From Tubiluchus corallicola (taxonomy: Eukaryota; Animalia; Priapulida): a stretch of 64,000 bases of DNA. Where the stretch lies: the NCBI GenBank assembly GCA_030141605.1, contig JAQGDQ010000095.1, positions 372,001 to 436,000 of the forward strand, written 5' to 3'. Position 1 is the first letter of the stretch. Each line of letters starts with the position of its first letter. A program made the position numbers and the translations under genes. The notes under the pieces are model-generated. The model saw nothing but the letters and a program-made list of their open reading frames with translations. It made no database searches and was not told the origin of the DNA. Below are positions 1 through 12,000 of this stretch, piece by piece.

Positions 1-531
1 TCTCTCTGCGAACCATGCTAATACTTCTGTTAAACTGTAGCCTCTGTTGATGCGCTCCTTTTCTCCAGAAAGTATACCAGGACTATCAATGAAAGACACC
101 TCTTTAAGAACATCATTCTTAATCAATGAACACTGCAATCTATTAAGAAATACGTTGCCAAACTTAGAAAGGCCTTGAAATTGTCTTTCGGAATCCACAA
201 TCAAAGCATTACCTGGGATAATCATTTCTTCTTCACCGTACATTACCGCCATAAATCCGTCCGTTGTTGGTTCAGGACCAATTCTCATTCCTGGAAACTT
301 CTGTTGTAAAAGATTCGTTATGAAAGTTGTTTTGCCTGTAGAATACTGGCCTATTAGCAGAATCATCGGCTTAGCATCAAAATCACCATCGCGCAAAATA
401 GGTGAATGAAAATCATGGAATTTATAATGTTCCTCAAGGGGCAATAGTTTTCTTTTATATATACTTTTCAGTGAGGCTGAAACTTTATCGCACAACTTTG
501 TTTCTTGTGTGAAATACCGAGGAAATGACAT
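1..531 (-). CDS. EHD1: EH domain-containing protein (EHD/Past1/RME-1 family dynamin-like ATPase), N-terminal 177 codons; continues beyond the left edge
   Basis: The reverse strand from the ATG at 531 reads MSFPRYF...KLLPLEEHYKFHDFHSP...DFDAKPMILLIGQYSTGKTTFI...FPGMRIGPEPTTDGF...IPGNALIVD...FGNVFLNRLQCS...FIDSPGILSGEKERINRGY...VLAWFAER. It is open through position 1 and shows the EHD P-loop and switch motifs. It is absent from the ORF track because it is truncated. The paralog number cannot be resolved. Confidence 0.95.
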   Translation of the reverse strand, partial: MSFPRYFTQETKLCDKVSASLKSIYKRKLLPLEEHYKFHDFHSPILRDGDFDAKPMILLIGQYSTGKTTFITNLLQQKFPGMRIGPEPTTDGFMAVMYGEEEMIIPGNALIVDSERQFQGLSKFGNVFLNRLQCSLIKNDVLKEVSFIDSPGILSGEKERINRGYSLTEVLAWFAER

Positions 532-1121
532 TTTAAGAGGAATTAATATACGAATGCCCTACTTAAGTAAATTCAAGAAGGGATAATTCACGCGGCTTCC
601 AACTTTTTGTCGGAGCCGCTGGCCAGCTTCGGCGTTGGTGGAAACCTTTGCAGAAGAGACTGTGGTCAAAGTGTACAAAGAGGAAGTGACGAACTATGGT
701 TACGTATTTCGTTTTTGCGATTAACGGCTACGTTGGCGGCATCAAACGGCGGCTGATTAAAAAGTTTTGAGCCGCGCATTGACTGTAATAATAATATTCT
801 TAATGCCGTCAATAAAAGTGGCATACGCGCAATTTTGAGAAGCCCAAATCACTTTTGCGTTTTTAATAAAACAAGAATATCTCAAATAAAAGCAATTATT
901 AGTTTAGAAAAACTAAAAACATTTCATGAAAACGAAAAACAGTTGTAGCAATAAGTTTGTATTATGCAAATTGCAAATGCTTCTTCAATTTTCTTGTAAG
1001 CAAAATTTTACTGTTCTCCTGTGGAAAGTGGCTAGCTGACTGTATGATGGGCTGCCTACTATGTAAAACAGTAATGCCTTTTTAGTGATTTATTGATTTT
1101 CCTCTCCTTCCTTCTCTTAGA

Positions 1122-1217
1122 GACAAAGAGAGGGAGGAAGTGAAAAAGAGAGAGAGAGAGGAAGAAAGACACAAAGTGAGGGAGGGAGGGAGGGAGAGAG
1201 ACAGACACACAGAGAGA
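1122..1217. repeat. GA/GGGA-rich microsatellite
   Basis: Runs of gagagaga, ggagggaggg and acagac. Confidence 0.8.
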
Positions 1218-1280
1218 TCCTTCTTTTCCATTTGTTGAATGTTCTGCCATTTGTTTCTTGGTCTTTTACTCCAGCTGCTC

Positions 1281-2245
1281 TATTTGTTTGAACATTATGT
1301 AAGACCTATTTCAATTACACTTCAACCTATTGTATTGCGTGTTTACCTTCCCTTTTCATAGCTGTGAATAAATAATAAGAAGAATTATACGTTTTGATGA
1401 AAAGATGTACTATGACAATATAATTATAGTTAATAGATTAGTAAAGGGGAGCTAAGAACAAAAATATCTGAAATACCAAAAGTATTAATATAGTCAAAAT
1501 TACAGGAACGATAAACACATAATATTGTTAAACTACAACCGTTGGAATATAACTTAACACCAACAACTTCAGCGATAAAATTTAACTGCAAGCAGGCAAT
1601 AGAAAAATGCGACTTATAAAAAATAGCAACACCACCTCTAGCAGTCGTAGGAAAAATATTATGCCTGTCACATCTAATAACAGAATAACCTACAGGGCAA
1701 ATTGCCTCATTTGTAACATCTTCAGTTAACCACGTTTCACAAATACAAATAAAGTCTGGATTTTCAGTGATAACAAAACTAGAAAGATCTGCTAACTTGT
1801 TTATGAGGCCATTGCAATTAAAAACAAAACCAGTAATTACATTTGTATGAGAAGGAGCTTGAGGAATATTAACAGGAACATTACTATGTCAATTCGGATC
1901 ACAGGGGCCTGTACAATTGCCATTTTTGCTTCTTAAAGAGTAATAATTGGTGTGCAAAGTTATAGACTGAAAGAGGGCATTTGTCTGGGGTGATCGCAGT
2001 TTTGCACAGAGTATCAACAGAGGTTTGATTTATGGGTTTCAGACTCTCTGAGCTTGGTGTCAAACTGCAATCGACACTGGTAGCAGTATCACTAGTTGAC
2101 ATGTACGTATTATCACCATTTAGATTTGTGTTGGTACCTCAAATTTCGTAGATTTATGTTGAAATAATTTAAATAAATCTAGACCATCAAAATTGATTGC
2201 TAGTGACGCATGCAAATAACAGTCACCCATGCTAGTTCAGCGATT
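1281..2245 (-). mobile_element. Decayed CR1/L2-group LINE 5' fragment (ORF1 end plus APE endonuclease N-terminus); second copy at about 40040-41024
   Basis: The minus strand around 1620-1835 translates FNCNGLINK...PDFICICETWL...GYSVIRCDR...ARGGVAIF, which are APE endonuclease motifs. It is colinear with 40040-41024. Confidence 0.8.
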
Positions 2246-2870
2246 CACTGGCTCCACTTTACCTTTTCTAAGGTGAGCACAACCTACTGAGTGTGCAAGA
2301 GCAGATTATTTTCTTCTGACGTCATTATTACGGTCATTCCTGGTTCTGCTTACGAGTGTCACCCATCCCTTTCATTACATTTCATTATAACAGCTCCATG
2401 TTTTCGCTTGATTCCATAATTTCTCTAAATGCCCTTACTAGTCTTTCAAGGGTTTCTATTTCTGTTGTTTTTATAGTCTCTATCCTTACATTATACTTAT
2501 TTATTATTATTCTTTCCAAATTCTCACAACTTAATGCATCTTCTGTTGTATCTTTCTGAATCCTGCACTTAGGGCATAGCAAATCTTCCCATTTGTTTCC
2601 TTTGTAATTGCATTTCATTTTTTTTCATATTCAAGTTAATTTCCATTATATTTACTATATCTGGCAGACCACACTCACTGATATATCATTGTTTCTCACC
2701 ATCAAGAAATTTTAATTTTGTGATTATCTTTATGTTCCTATAATAGTTTTTGATTAACAGCTTTTTATTTCTTTTTTTCCATGTTGATTTTTAAGTTTCT
2801 CCATTTTTAGTTTGCTTGGTCCTGTCCTGCTTTCCACATTTTATCTATGATTTCGCATATTTCTGAATAA
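2245..2870 (-). mobile_element. 3' end of a second LINE family (C-terminal Cys/His-knuckle-like motif and 3' UTR)
   Basis: ORF 2385-2618 contains LCPKCRIQKDTTEDALSC, resembling the C-terminal CxxC...DT.EH...C motif of non-LTR elements. The downstream UTR matches 41400-41760. Confidence 0.65.
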
Positions 2871-3372
2871 AGAGGATCGCGCAGGAAGATCTTTGTTCCG
2901 GATTTACAAACTAGGCGGTAGGTGACGCTCAATGTCATAGTTGGACACGTGCAATTCGTGGTAGAACAGTGCAACTACAAGCAGAACTAACGTATAAAAT
3001 AAAAGCAAAAGGGTACTTGATGCAACTAGAAATTCATCATATGCTTTTGTGTCATTAATTATAATATCACTTATGTTTTTAATTGTAAATTCATTTTTAA
3101 CACTATTGCTTACAGCAGTGGAAACACTGATTACACTATCAATTTTTGGAATGTAGTTTACAGTTCATCAATGTGTAATTTTAGCAGCAATAAAGAATTT
3201 TAATATTATTATGTTATCATCTAGGTTATTACTCATTTCTAGGCATGTAGGTCATTATTCCACTATTCTCACATCATCAGTGAATGTTTCCGATAATCTT
3301 GTGATAATTTAGCCCTATATTTAGTGTATAATTACAAACAATTATGTAGTATTCACAGTTGTACACTACAGT

Positions 3373-6300
3373 ATGGGGTAGATGGGGCTCCTTAGCCTTG
3401 GCCGGCAATCCATCTAGGTGAAGGAAAACACTGATCACAAACCTCCACTGCCTTGTGGCTATACCCTCCGAGAGAAAGGCTTCGGAAGTATATCACAAGG
3501 AAAAATCCGGAGCTGGAGTTCCTATAGGTATAGCACCATGGTTCCGACAACTCCTACGACGCCTGAAGTACCAGATGGTACTGGGCTCTGCCTTTCCCAT
3601 GGATCATACTTCTAGCGTGGAGAGAGTGAGGCTGGCGACCTGGTGCAATTCCTCCCTCACTTTAAACCAAGTCACGCACAAACTCATGATGACAGGTAAC
3701 CACCAAAAACTCTAAGTCCTGTGGCGATGGGGGAGTGGCGAACCAGCAAGTGCGGATTACGCTCAAGCTGCAGTCACAAACCTACACACAGGCGGCTCAG
3801 GGCATGTGGTCGCTCTCAACCCCGAGGCAGCAGCGGAGTTCGGCAGCCCCCTGGGCGACTGAGCAGCCTGCTTTAGGAACGATCTGCTCGCCCCCGTAGC
3901 ATGGGGAGCGGTCTAGAAGAGGTGTCCCAAACATAAGCCTGCCTCAACACTTTCCTGGTCCAGTAAGCCGCGGCTGTGCGGTCGAAAGAACAAGAGAAAA
4001 ATAACACTAACACTGGGTGCCTGGAACGTCAGGACACTACTCGACAATGGCAACACCAATAGACCTGAAAGAAGAACTGCGCTTATAGCAAAAGAATTAC
4101 AAAGATACAAAATTAACATAGCTGCCCTCTGCGAAACACGCCTTGCAGAGAAAGGACAACTCTCTGAAGCTGGCGTCGGATACACTTTCTTTTGGAGTGG
4201 GAGACCATCACGTGAGAAAAGAGAGGCAGGAGTTGGATTTGCAGTCAGAAATGGCCTTGTGAAGAACCTCTTAAAACTCCCAGATGGTATCAACGACCGG
4301 CTTATGACTCTCCTACTACCCCTCACGAAAGGGAAGAAAGCTACACTGCGTATACCCCAACCATGACCAACCCAGATGACGTCCAGCACAAGTTTTATGA
4401 AGAGCTAGATGCTACCATCGCAAATGTTCCAACATCAGACAAGCTCATACTACTTGGAGATTTCAATGCTAGAGTGGGTACAGATCACCAATCATTGGAA
4501 GGAGTTATTGGCACACAAGGAGTGGGAAAATGGGATCCTGCTATTACAGCAACCCATGAACTCATCATCACAAACACACTATTCCATCTTCCCAAGCGCA
4601 GTAAAACAACCTGGATGCATCCAATATCAAAACATTGGCACTTGATAGACTACATCATCGTCAGGACGAAAGGGTGACCAAAGCAATGAGAGGTGCAGAA
4701 TGCTGGACAGATCATCAACTACTCATATCCTAACTCAGCCTACACATCCAACCTAAAAGGCGACCATAAGGCAAAAAGACCATGAAGAAACTGGATGTTA
4801 TTGAAACTTCAAAATAAGGTAACTGCTAGCAGCTTCTCCCAAAGCCTTGACAAAAAGGTCTCGGAGTCATCTCAAGACGCCACCACTGTTGACCAGAAAT
4901 GGGAGCACTTCAGAGACTTGGTCTACTCAACAGCCCATGAACATCTAGGTGTTGCTACGAAAAAACATCAAGACTGGTTTGATGAAAACGATCCTGAAAT
5001 TATAACTTTGATAGCATCCAAACACCATCTACTTAGAGCACACCAAAATGACCCCACATCAGAAGCAAAGAGGGCAGCATTCATACATAAATGCAATGAG
5101 GTGCAAAGGAAACTCTGTGAACTGCAAGACGCCTGGCTGTCAAGGAAAGCAGAAGAAATGCAACACTACGCTGACACCAACAACTCAAAAAAGTTCTATG
5201 ATGCCCTCAAGATCATCTACGGTCCACAACCATCTGGGACTTCACCACTCCTCAATGCAGATGGAACAAAATTGTTAACTGACAAGTCTTACATCCTAGA
5301 AAGATGGGCAGAACAATGCTACAAGAACCTACCGACCTATTCCAGCTGATGTGGGAGGAAAGCAAACTTCCTCAAGACCTCCGAGATGCTACAGTTGTTC
5401 ACATTTACAAACAAAAAGGGAACAGGCAGTCATGTGACAACCACAGAGGTATATCTCTGCTGTCCATAGCGGGTAAGATCCTGGCACGTATCCTACTAAA
5501 TCGACTGTTGTGCACCTGGAGAAAGACCTTCTCCCAGAGAGCCAGTGTGGCTTTAGAGCAGGCCGAGGTACGGTGGATATGATCTTTGTTGCAAGACAAC
5601 TTCAAGAGAAGTGCCAAGGACAGAATGTCAGCCTCTTCGCAACATTCATAGACCTCACCAAGGCTTTTGATACTGTCAGTAGGAATGGCCTCTGGAAGAT
5701 CATGGAAAAATATGGATGCCCAAAGAAGTTTCTTGATATTGTGCGGCAGTTTCTTGAAGGCATGATGGTCAGAGTCCTAGATGACGGAGACATGTCTGAA
5801 GCCTTTGAAGTAACAAATGGGGTAAAACAGGGCTGTGTACTCGCTCCAACGCTCTTCGGCATGATGTTCTCTGCCATGCTACATGATGCTTTTGAAAACA
5901 CTCAGAATGGCATTAAGATAAAATACAGAACAGATGGCAGCCTCTTCAACTCCAGGCACTTGCAAGCTACCACCAAGACCCACAGTCAAAGACTTTCTCT
6001 TTGCTGATGACTGCGTTCTCGGTGCCACCTCCCAAGAACAAATGCAAAGAGAGATGGACCACTTCGCATCAGCCTGCAAGAACTACGGCCTAACAATCTC
6101 TACAAAGAAAACTGAAGTTATGTACCAACCAGCCCCAGACGCCCCACAGGTTCAGCCAAAGATCTTAGTGAATGGTCAAGAACTTATCTCTGGTGACAAC
6201 TTCACATACCTGGGGAGCACCCTTACCACAGCTGCCAACATCGATACAGAAATCAGCAACAGAATTGCCAAGACTAGCGCTTCATTTGGAAGACTCCGCT

Positions 6301-6993
6301 CCAACGTATGCGACAGGAGAGGCATCAACAAAATTGAAGGTGTATAGAGCTGTCGTCATCACCTCTCCTCTATGCCAGTGAATCCTGGACATTATATAGC
6401 AGACACGTAAAACAGCTTAACCACTTTCACATGGGCTGTCTGATGAAAATCCTGCACATCATGTGGCAGGACAAGGTGCCAGACACAGAGGTACTTAAAA
6501 GAGCTGACCCCCCAGCATCCATACACTCCTCCTCAAAACACAAGTTCGGTGGGCAGGACATGAGATTCGCATGCCAGACAACCGCATACCAAAGAAGATG
6601 CTTTATTTAGAACTTGTGTCCGGAAAGAGAAAGGTTGGACGACCAAAGAAATGCTTCAAAGACTGCCTGAAGGCCTCACTCAAGGAGCTCAGCATGGATA
6701 TCCGCTCAGTGGAAACCCTTGCACAAGATCGATCAGCATGGCGGAGTGCCATCACCACGGGCTAAGACAGCAGAGGCAAAAAGAATTGAGGAGGCAGAGG
6801 AGATGCAAGGCATGTGACACTGCCCATCAACACCCAGCCTCACCTGTGCCACATGCCAAAGAAGTTTCTAGGCCAGAATTGGCCTAGTCAGTCACCTTCG
6901 AGCTCATCAAAGGAATGACAACCCCCCCCCAAACTGACCCTTTATCCCTGTCACTATGGTCATTTTCGATTCGAAGGACGAACATCAATCATC
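3373..6993 (+). mobile_element. RTE-clade (BovB-like) non-LTR retrotransposon, near full length, frameshifted
   Basis: Endonuclease motifs: LGAWNVRTL, ALCETRL, LILLGDFNARVG, HWHLIDYIIVR. RT motifs: DNHRGISLLSIAGKIL, FIDLTKAFDTV, GVKQGCVLAPTLF, LFADD, FTYLGS. A C-terminal C2H2-like stretch TCATCQRSF*ARIGLVSHLRAH is followed by a short (ATC)-type tail. An imperfect TSD may flank it: ACACTACAGT (3363-3372) and ACACTATACAGT (6994-7005). There are multiple frameshifts and stops, and an internal deletion near 5313. Confidence 0.95.
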
Positions 6994-7654
6994 ACACTAT
7001 ACAGTGTGTATCACCATTATGTTTGTGTGGGGTCACATGACGAATTTCGTATTAGGTGATGAATTATCAGGGCCTAACTTAAAAGCCACGTGACACACTT
7101 TTGTCGCATTTACAAACCAAAGACAAAAAACCTTTTATAATCTAATAATTCTACGGTAATAAGAAAAGCAAGAGCAGCAGCAGTAGACAGACAGAGAAAC
7201 AGAACAACAACAACCCCAAGAATAGGAACAAGAAGAAAACGAAGAAGAAGTAAAAGGAGAATAAGAAAATTGCAACCAATGGTAGTGATCATGGTGACGG
7301 TTTGAAAGTACAATAGAAATAAACATACGTATTTTTAATCATATTGAAAGCAATATTTTTTATTACAAGTTGACCAACTAACAACTTAACATACATGAAA
7401 AACAGATTTGTAAGCCTGTAATTAATTAATATAGATTTTTGTTTTAGATTTATTTATTCATCCATTTAACACAATTCAAAAATACAAGTTATACAATTAC
7501 AAGTTAACAATACATTACAGTGCTATGAGCGCAGCATATGAAAGTAACTTATGAACTATGCTCAACATTGATAAGATTAAATTAATGCCATAAACAACAA
7601 CAAAAAATACGTTAAATGGAGCGAAGCAAACAGATGCGAGAAAACGATAATGAG

Positions 7655-7780
7655 ACGCTGTGGATGATGATGATAATGATAACAATGATTTTGATATTAA
7701 TGCTGATGACAATCGACCACCACCAATGGTGGTGGTTATGACAATGATCATGAATTGATGTTAATGGTGATGATGCACCA
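7655..7780. repeat. Degenerate (GAT)n/(GGT)n microsatellite
   Basis: Runs of gatgatgatgataatgataacaatgat and ggtggtggt. Confidence 0.7.
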
Positions 7781-9045
7781 GGATCGATGATATAAACCAA
7801 GTTAGCCATTTTTGCAGTGTTACGAAAATTGTGTTAAAATATTGAACTATAAAAAATATAAAGATGTGTTATTCTCAAGTACAGAAATTGATTAATAATA
7901 CAACACAAACTCCCAAGTGTGGAACTCATCATAATCATAATTTATGAAACGAAACTAAAAATACGGGTTAAAAGCCACATACGTCACTGCGCTACAGCAG
8001 CTGTGTGTTAGTGTGTAAACACAGTTATTCACATGGAGCTTCTTGTGCGGTGGTAACTAAAATAATTTTAATCTGGAATTATAATGCCTAAAAATCAATA
8101 ATATTATTGAATATGGTGGTGTATATTACGCCTGTTGGTCTATTTTAGGGCCTACAGGCGTAAAAACAAACAATAGGCCAGAAAAAAGTAAGCCGTGCAA
8201 TAAGTAGGAGTGTAATAGTGCCACACTTTTTACTGCACCCCCACTTGTCAAAATCACAGTTGCAAAATGCTAGTTCCTAGTGAACAAAGTTGCCGCTTTA
8301 CATTATACTGATTATCGTATTGGAGGCTAAAAATTATCATATTTTCTACGAAATTGCCAAAAATAACCTAAAATTGTATAATGCAGCAAATTATTGTATA
8401 ATTAGGTATTTAATAATTAACTATATTACCAAAAAGCAGCATTAACAAGTGTAAAATTAAATTTATTATTACTTCAAACAGCAGTTAACTTCAAAATACT
8501 AATAAAAGGCTTCACTTTGCAGTTGGCATTTGACGTACAAATATTAACATTTTCTGGATGCTAAATCTGCATCATATTGTCGGAAGATCTTACTGGGACT
8601 GTAAAAATTGGCCTGGTCACCGTCAGATTGTATTTTAAACGAATATGGCTGCATTATAATCTTGAAAATTTTTATGGCCACAGAAAAATTTCATGCATCT
8701 TCAAAGTCACCGCCGTGAGATCACTAAAGAAATGAATTACCGAAGAAACACATTATGGATGCGGTTTCATCGGAAGATGTAGATGTATTATGAGTATTAC
8801 TCCATCGTACCAAAGTTTTCATAGATGTGCCTCACATTTCTTCAACTCACCTAGATTACTTCTCTCTTTTGCGATACTTACAAATTTGTGTGATGTTACT
8901 CTGGTCTCATTATTTTCCTGAGTCGCACTTATACATGCTAATTTTATGAACGTGTACAATGTACATCTGGTATGTAATTATTACGTAAACCTTTTGCATT
9001 TTTCTATTTTTAAAGGGAACATTTGGAAGCTAATTAAGACTGAAC

Positions 9046-12000
9046 ATGACTGAATACAGCGTGGAGGTACATTTTGCTCAGAAGCTTGCTTGTAATGAGA
9101 AGAGGGATCGTGATAAAGCTGTAAAGAGACTTAGGAAATATATTGAAGCAAAAAGTTCTGTAGGCAAAGGTAAGATTCTTTCTTTTGTATTTTACTTATA
9201 AACGACAATACTTCAACTTAATTGTTCTGATTGCAAAACAAAATAAAGTTTGAGTCTTACCCTGATTTAATAACAAAAATTTTATTAGGACAGATGCAGA
9301 AATACAGAAAGTGAAACAAAAAAATACCGAAATGCACAATTGAATTGCCAAATACTAAAGTTTTGCACCAATTTTCTGACTTGAACATTTCATTTCTTTT
9401 TCGCTTTGGTGTCTGTGCTTTGAACATGAGAACTTTTACTTTTCACTATTTTTACAAAAGCAATTTTAACCTAAATCTATTGGATTAATGTTTTTATTAT
9501 CGACCTGATATGATGTGATATTTGATGTTATTGTCAATGTCGACTATTGATATACAGGATTTGAAACATCTGTATTTACAAGATAGTTAATTGTCTTGGC
9601 AGAGTGTACTGTATTAAGCACAGCGCACACCTTAATTGTGCAAAGTTGGTGACATTTCATCTGATATCGATATTTAACCCCATATTTTTAACTTCAGTTC
9701 TTATAACAAGCTAAGGCATTAACCACTTCACTCAATGTATGACAAGAATATCTTGTCATGAAATTGCTTTTCTGATTGGCCTGTATGACCAGGCTGCCAT
9801 CCAGGTTGCATGGTCTTACATATTTCACCAAAAAGCTATTTCACAAAAAATGGCAATAGTTACTGTAGAAGTGGTACTGATGTAGTAGCAGTAGTATTAG
9901 TAAAATATTGCAGTGGCAGTGGCTATAGCAACTTTTCATTTTCTTAAAATATTACCGTGCACCAGCCGGATCGCATGGCAGTGAAGTGGTTAAAGGGCAA
10001 ATTCTGAAAAGTGCATATGCAATATGCATTTTTCAACATTTGTATTTAATAGCTCATTGCAAAATCTTTACATATTGGTTATTGAAAGCGATTCATTTCG
10101 GCCCATGCCAACTCTAGTAATTATGATACGCTGATTAATCTGATACATTTGGTCAAATTGTAAAGTTGTATGTAAAAGATTGGTCGACATCTGCGCAAAA
10201 TTACTAATCGCTATCTTATCATATAAGCACAACATGACTGCTTATTGCAACACGGAAAAAGGAAACAAATACTATAACTCCAGATATTAAACTGGTAACC
10301 TTTGTTTGAATCTTAAATTTCAACAATACACATAATGTACCATTTTATGCATATATTGTTGCACTACCATTGCAGTAAAAATTGCTAATTAGATTTAGCA
10401 AAAAAAACTTGTGTAAATATAAATGAATAAAGTTATACAAGATAAGCATATACATTACACACAAGCCAAGCAATGATGATTTTTCAGCAAGGTGTTGCTA
10501 TAACACTTCATCATCTATAGTGTTTCCTATGAGAATATAATTTAATGATGATTCATTTGCACTACATTTTGCTGGATTGCATCATTGTTGGTAAGTCAAG
10601 ACTTACTAAATATAAATGTTGGAAAAATTAAGTTGAATTCCTTTGTGTTTGGTATTTTTACTTGCTTATTTTAGGTTTTGACCAAGATGAACTACTGAAA
10701 TTGTGGAAAGGCTTATTCTTCTGCATGTGGATGTGCGATAAACCACTCATCCAGGAGGAACTAGCTACAAAGATTTCAAAGCTAATATTTGCTTTCACTC
10801 GCCTTGATGGAGCTTTTAACTTTATTAGTACATTCTATACAACGATGAAACGAGAATGGTAACTAACTCTTAACTACATTTAGTATGGATCTTGCTATAT
10901 TCCGTTTGACTTTGTCAAAATGTCATGATGTAAATATATATACATAGAGGCTGAAACTGTCAATTGCTACTACATCAATTGATTCGCACAGTAAATCAGC
11001 TAGCTCGACTGAGATTGACTGGCTTTTCAGCTGAGTTGGCTTAAAGAAGAAAATCAGCTAAGTCAGCTAAAACTACGAATTCTTGTTAACTAAATAAATG
11101 ATAAATTGTTAGTTAACTGTTAAATTAGGCACACAATTTTTTTAAATAATTTGCTTATACACTGTTGTACAAATTCAAATAATATATTAGAAATTAATTT
11201 TCTATTATTATAAAAAAGTAATTAATTTATTGCAAATATAATTTAAATCCAACTCTTGGCGAGGCTTATCTTGATTACTGACGAATCAGTACCAAAACGG
11301 CAAAAAATCCCAATTGTGTGACTAACATTGCCTATTTGTGTATTTAATTTTGAATTGACCAAAATTTCTTGTTCAAAAATTTCTGAAGTTCAGTATCTCT
11401 GCCAGTACACGCACAATGAGACCGCGATTCTGCAATGTGTTAGCCATATTTCAACATGATTATCACAAGAGCAAAGATCTTCACAGCCGGCAAAAATGTC
11501 GACTAGCTTGACTCCTATCACTGAGTGGCTGACGCAACTAAAGCTGGGTTTCATATCGACTAGGTCGACTGTAGAAATAAACTGGCTTGAACTGAGCTGA
11601 AATGGCACAGCTCTTGGCTTTAATTACCTACATTCATTTTTTTACCACTGATTGATGTCAACAGTGTCATTTAAAGCTCCTTATCATATTAATGATCTCT
11701 TTTGCAGGTATGGCATTGACAGGTTACGTTTGGACAAATTCATGTTGCTGATACGATGTATTTTACAGGAAAGTTTTGAGCTCCTAAAATCACACAAGTG
11801 GAAAAGAAGTGTTATAAAGAAGTTTCTTAAAATTATGAGCTTAGGTATGGCGATGGGACATATATTAAATTAATTAATTTGTTTGCTTATTTTTTTAATT
11901 AAATACACTGACTTAATTCTGAGCTCAGTTACCATTATTTGCAGGTTTCTACAAACACATTTGTGCTTTGCTGTAGGCCCAATATATTTTCTTTATTTCT

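Noticed and set aside
3913-4389. 158-aa minus-strand ORF
   Set aside because: It is the antisense shadow of the RTE endonuclease frame.
10465-10960. ATGATGA/CTGA-like motifs suggesting C/D snoRNAs in RRP1 introns
   Set aside because: I could not identify a properly spaced C/D pair with a terminal stem or an rRNA guide; such motifs are expected by chance in AT-rich DNA.
10945-11615. Possible old hAT-like element with AGCT/GACT-rich subterminal repeats
   Set aside because: The termini and TSD are too degenerate to support a call.
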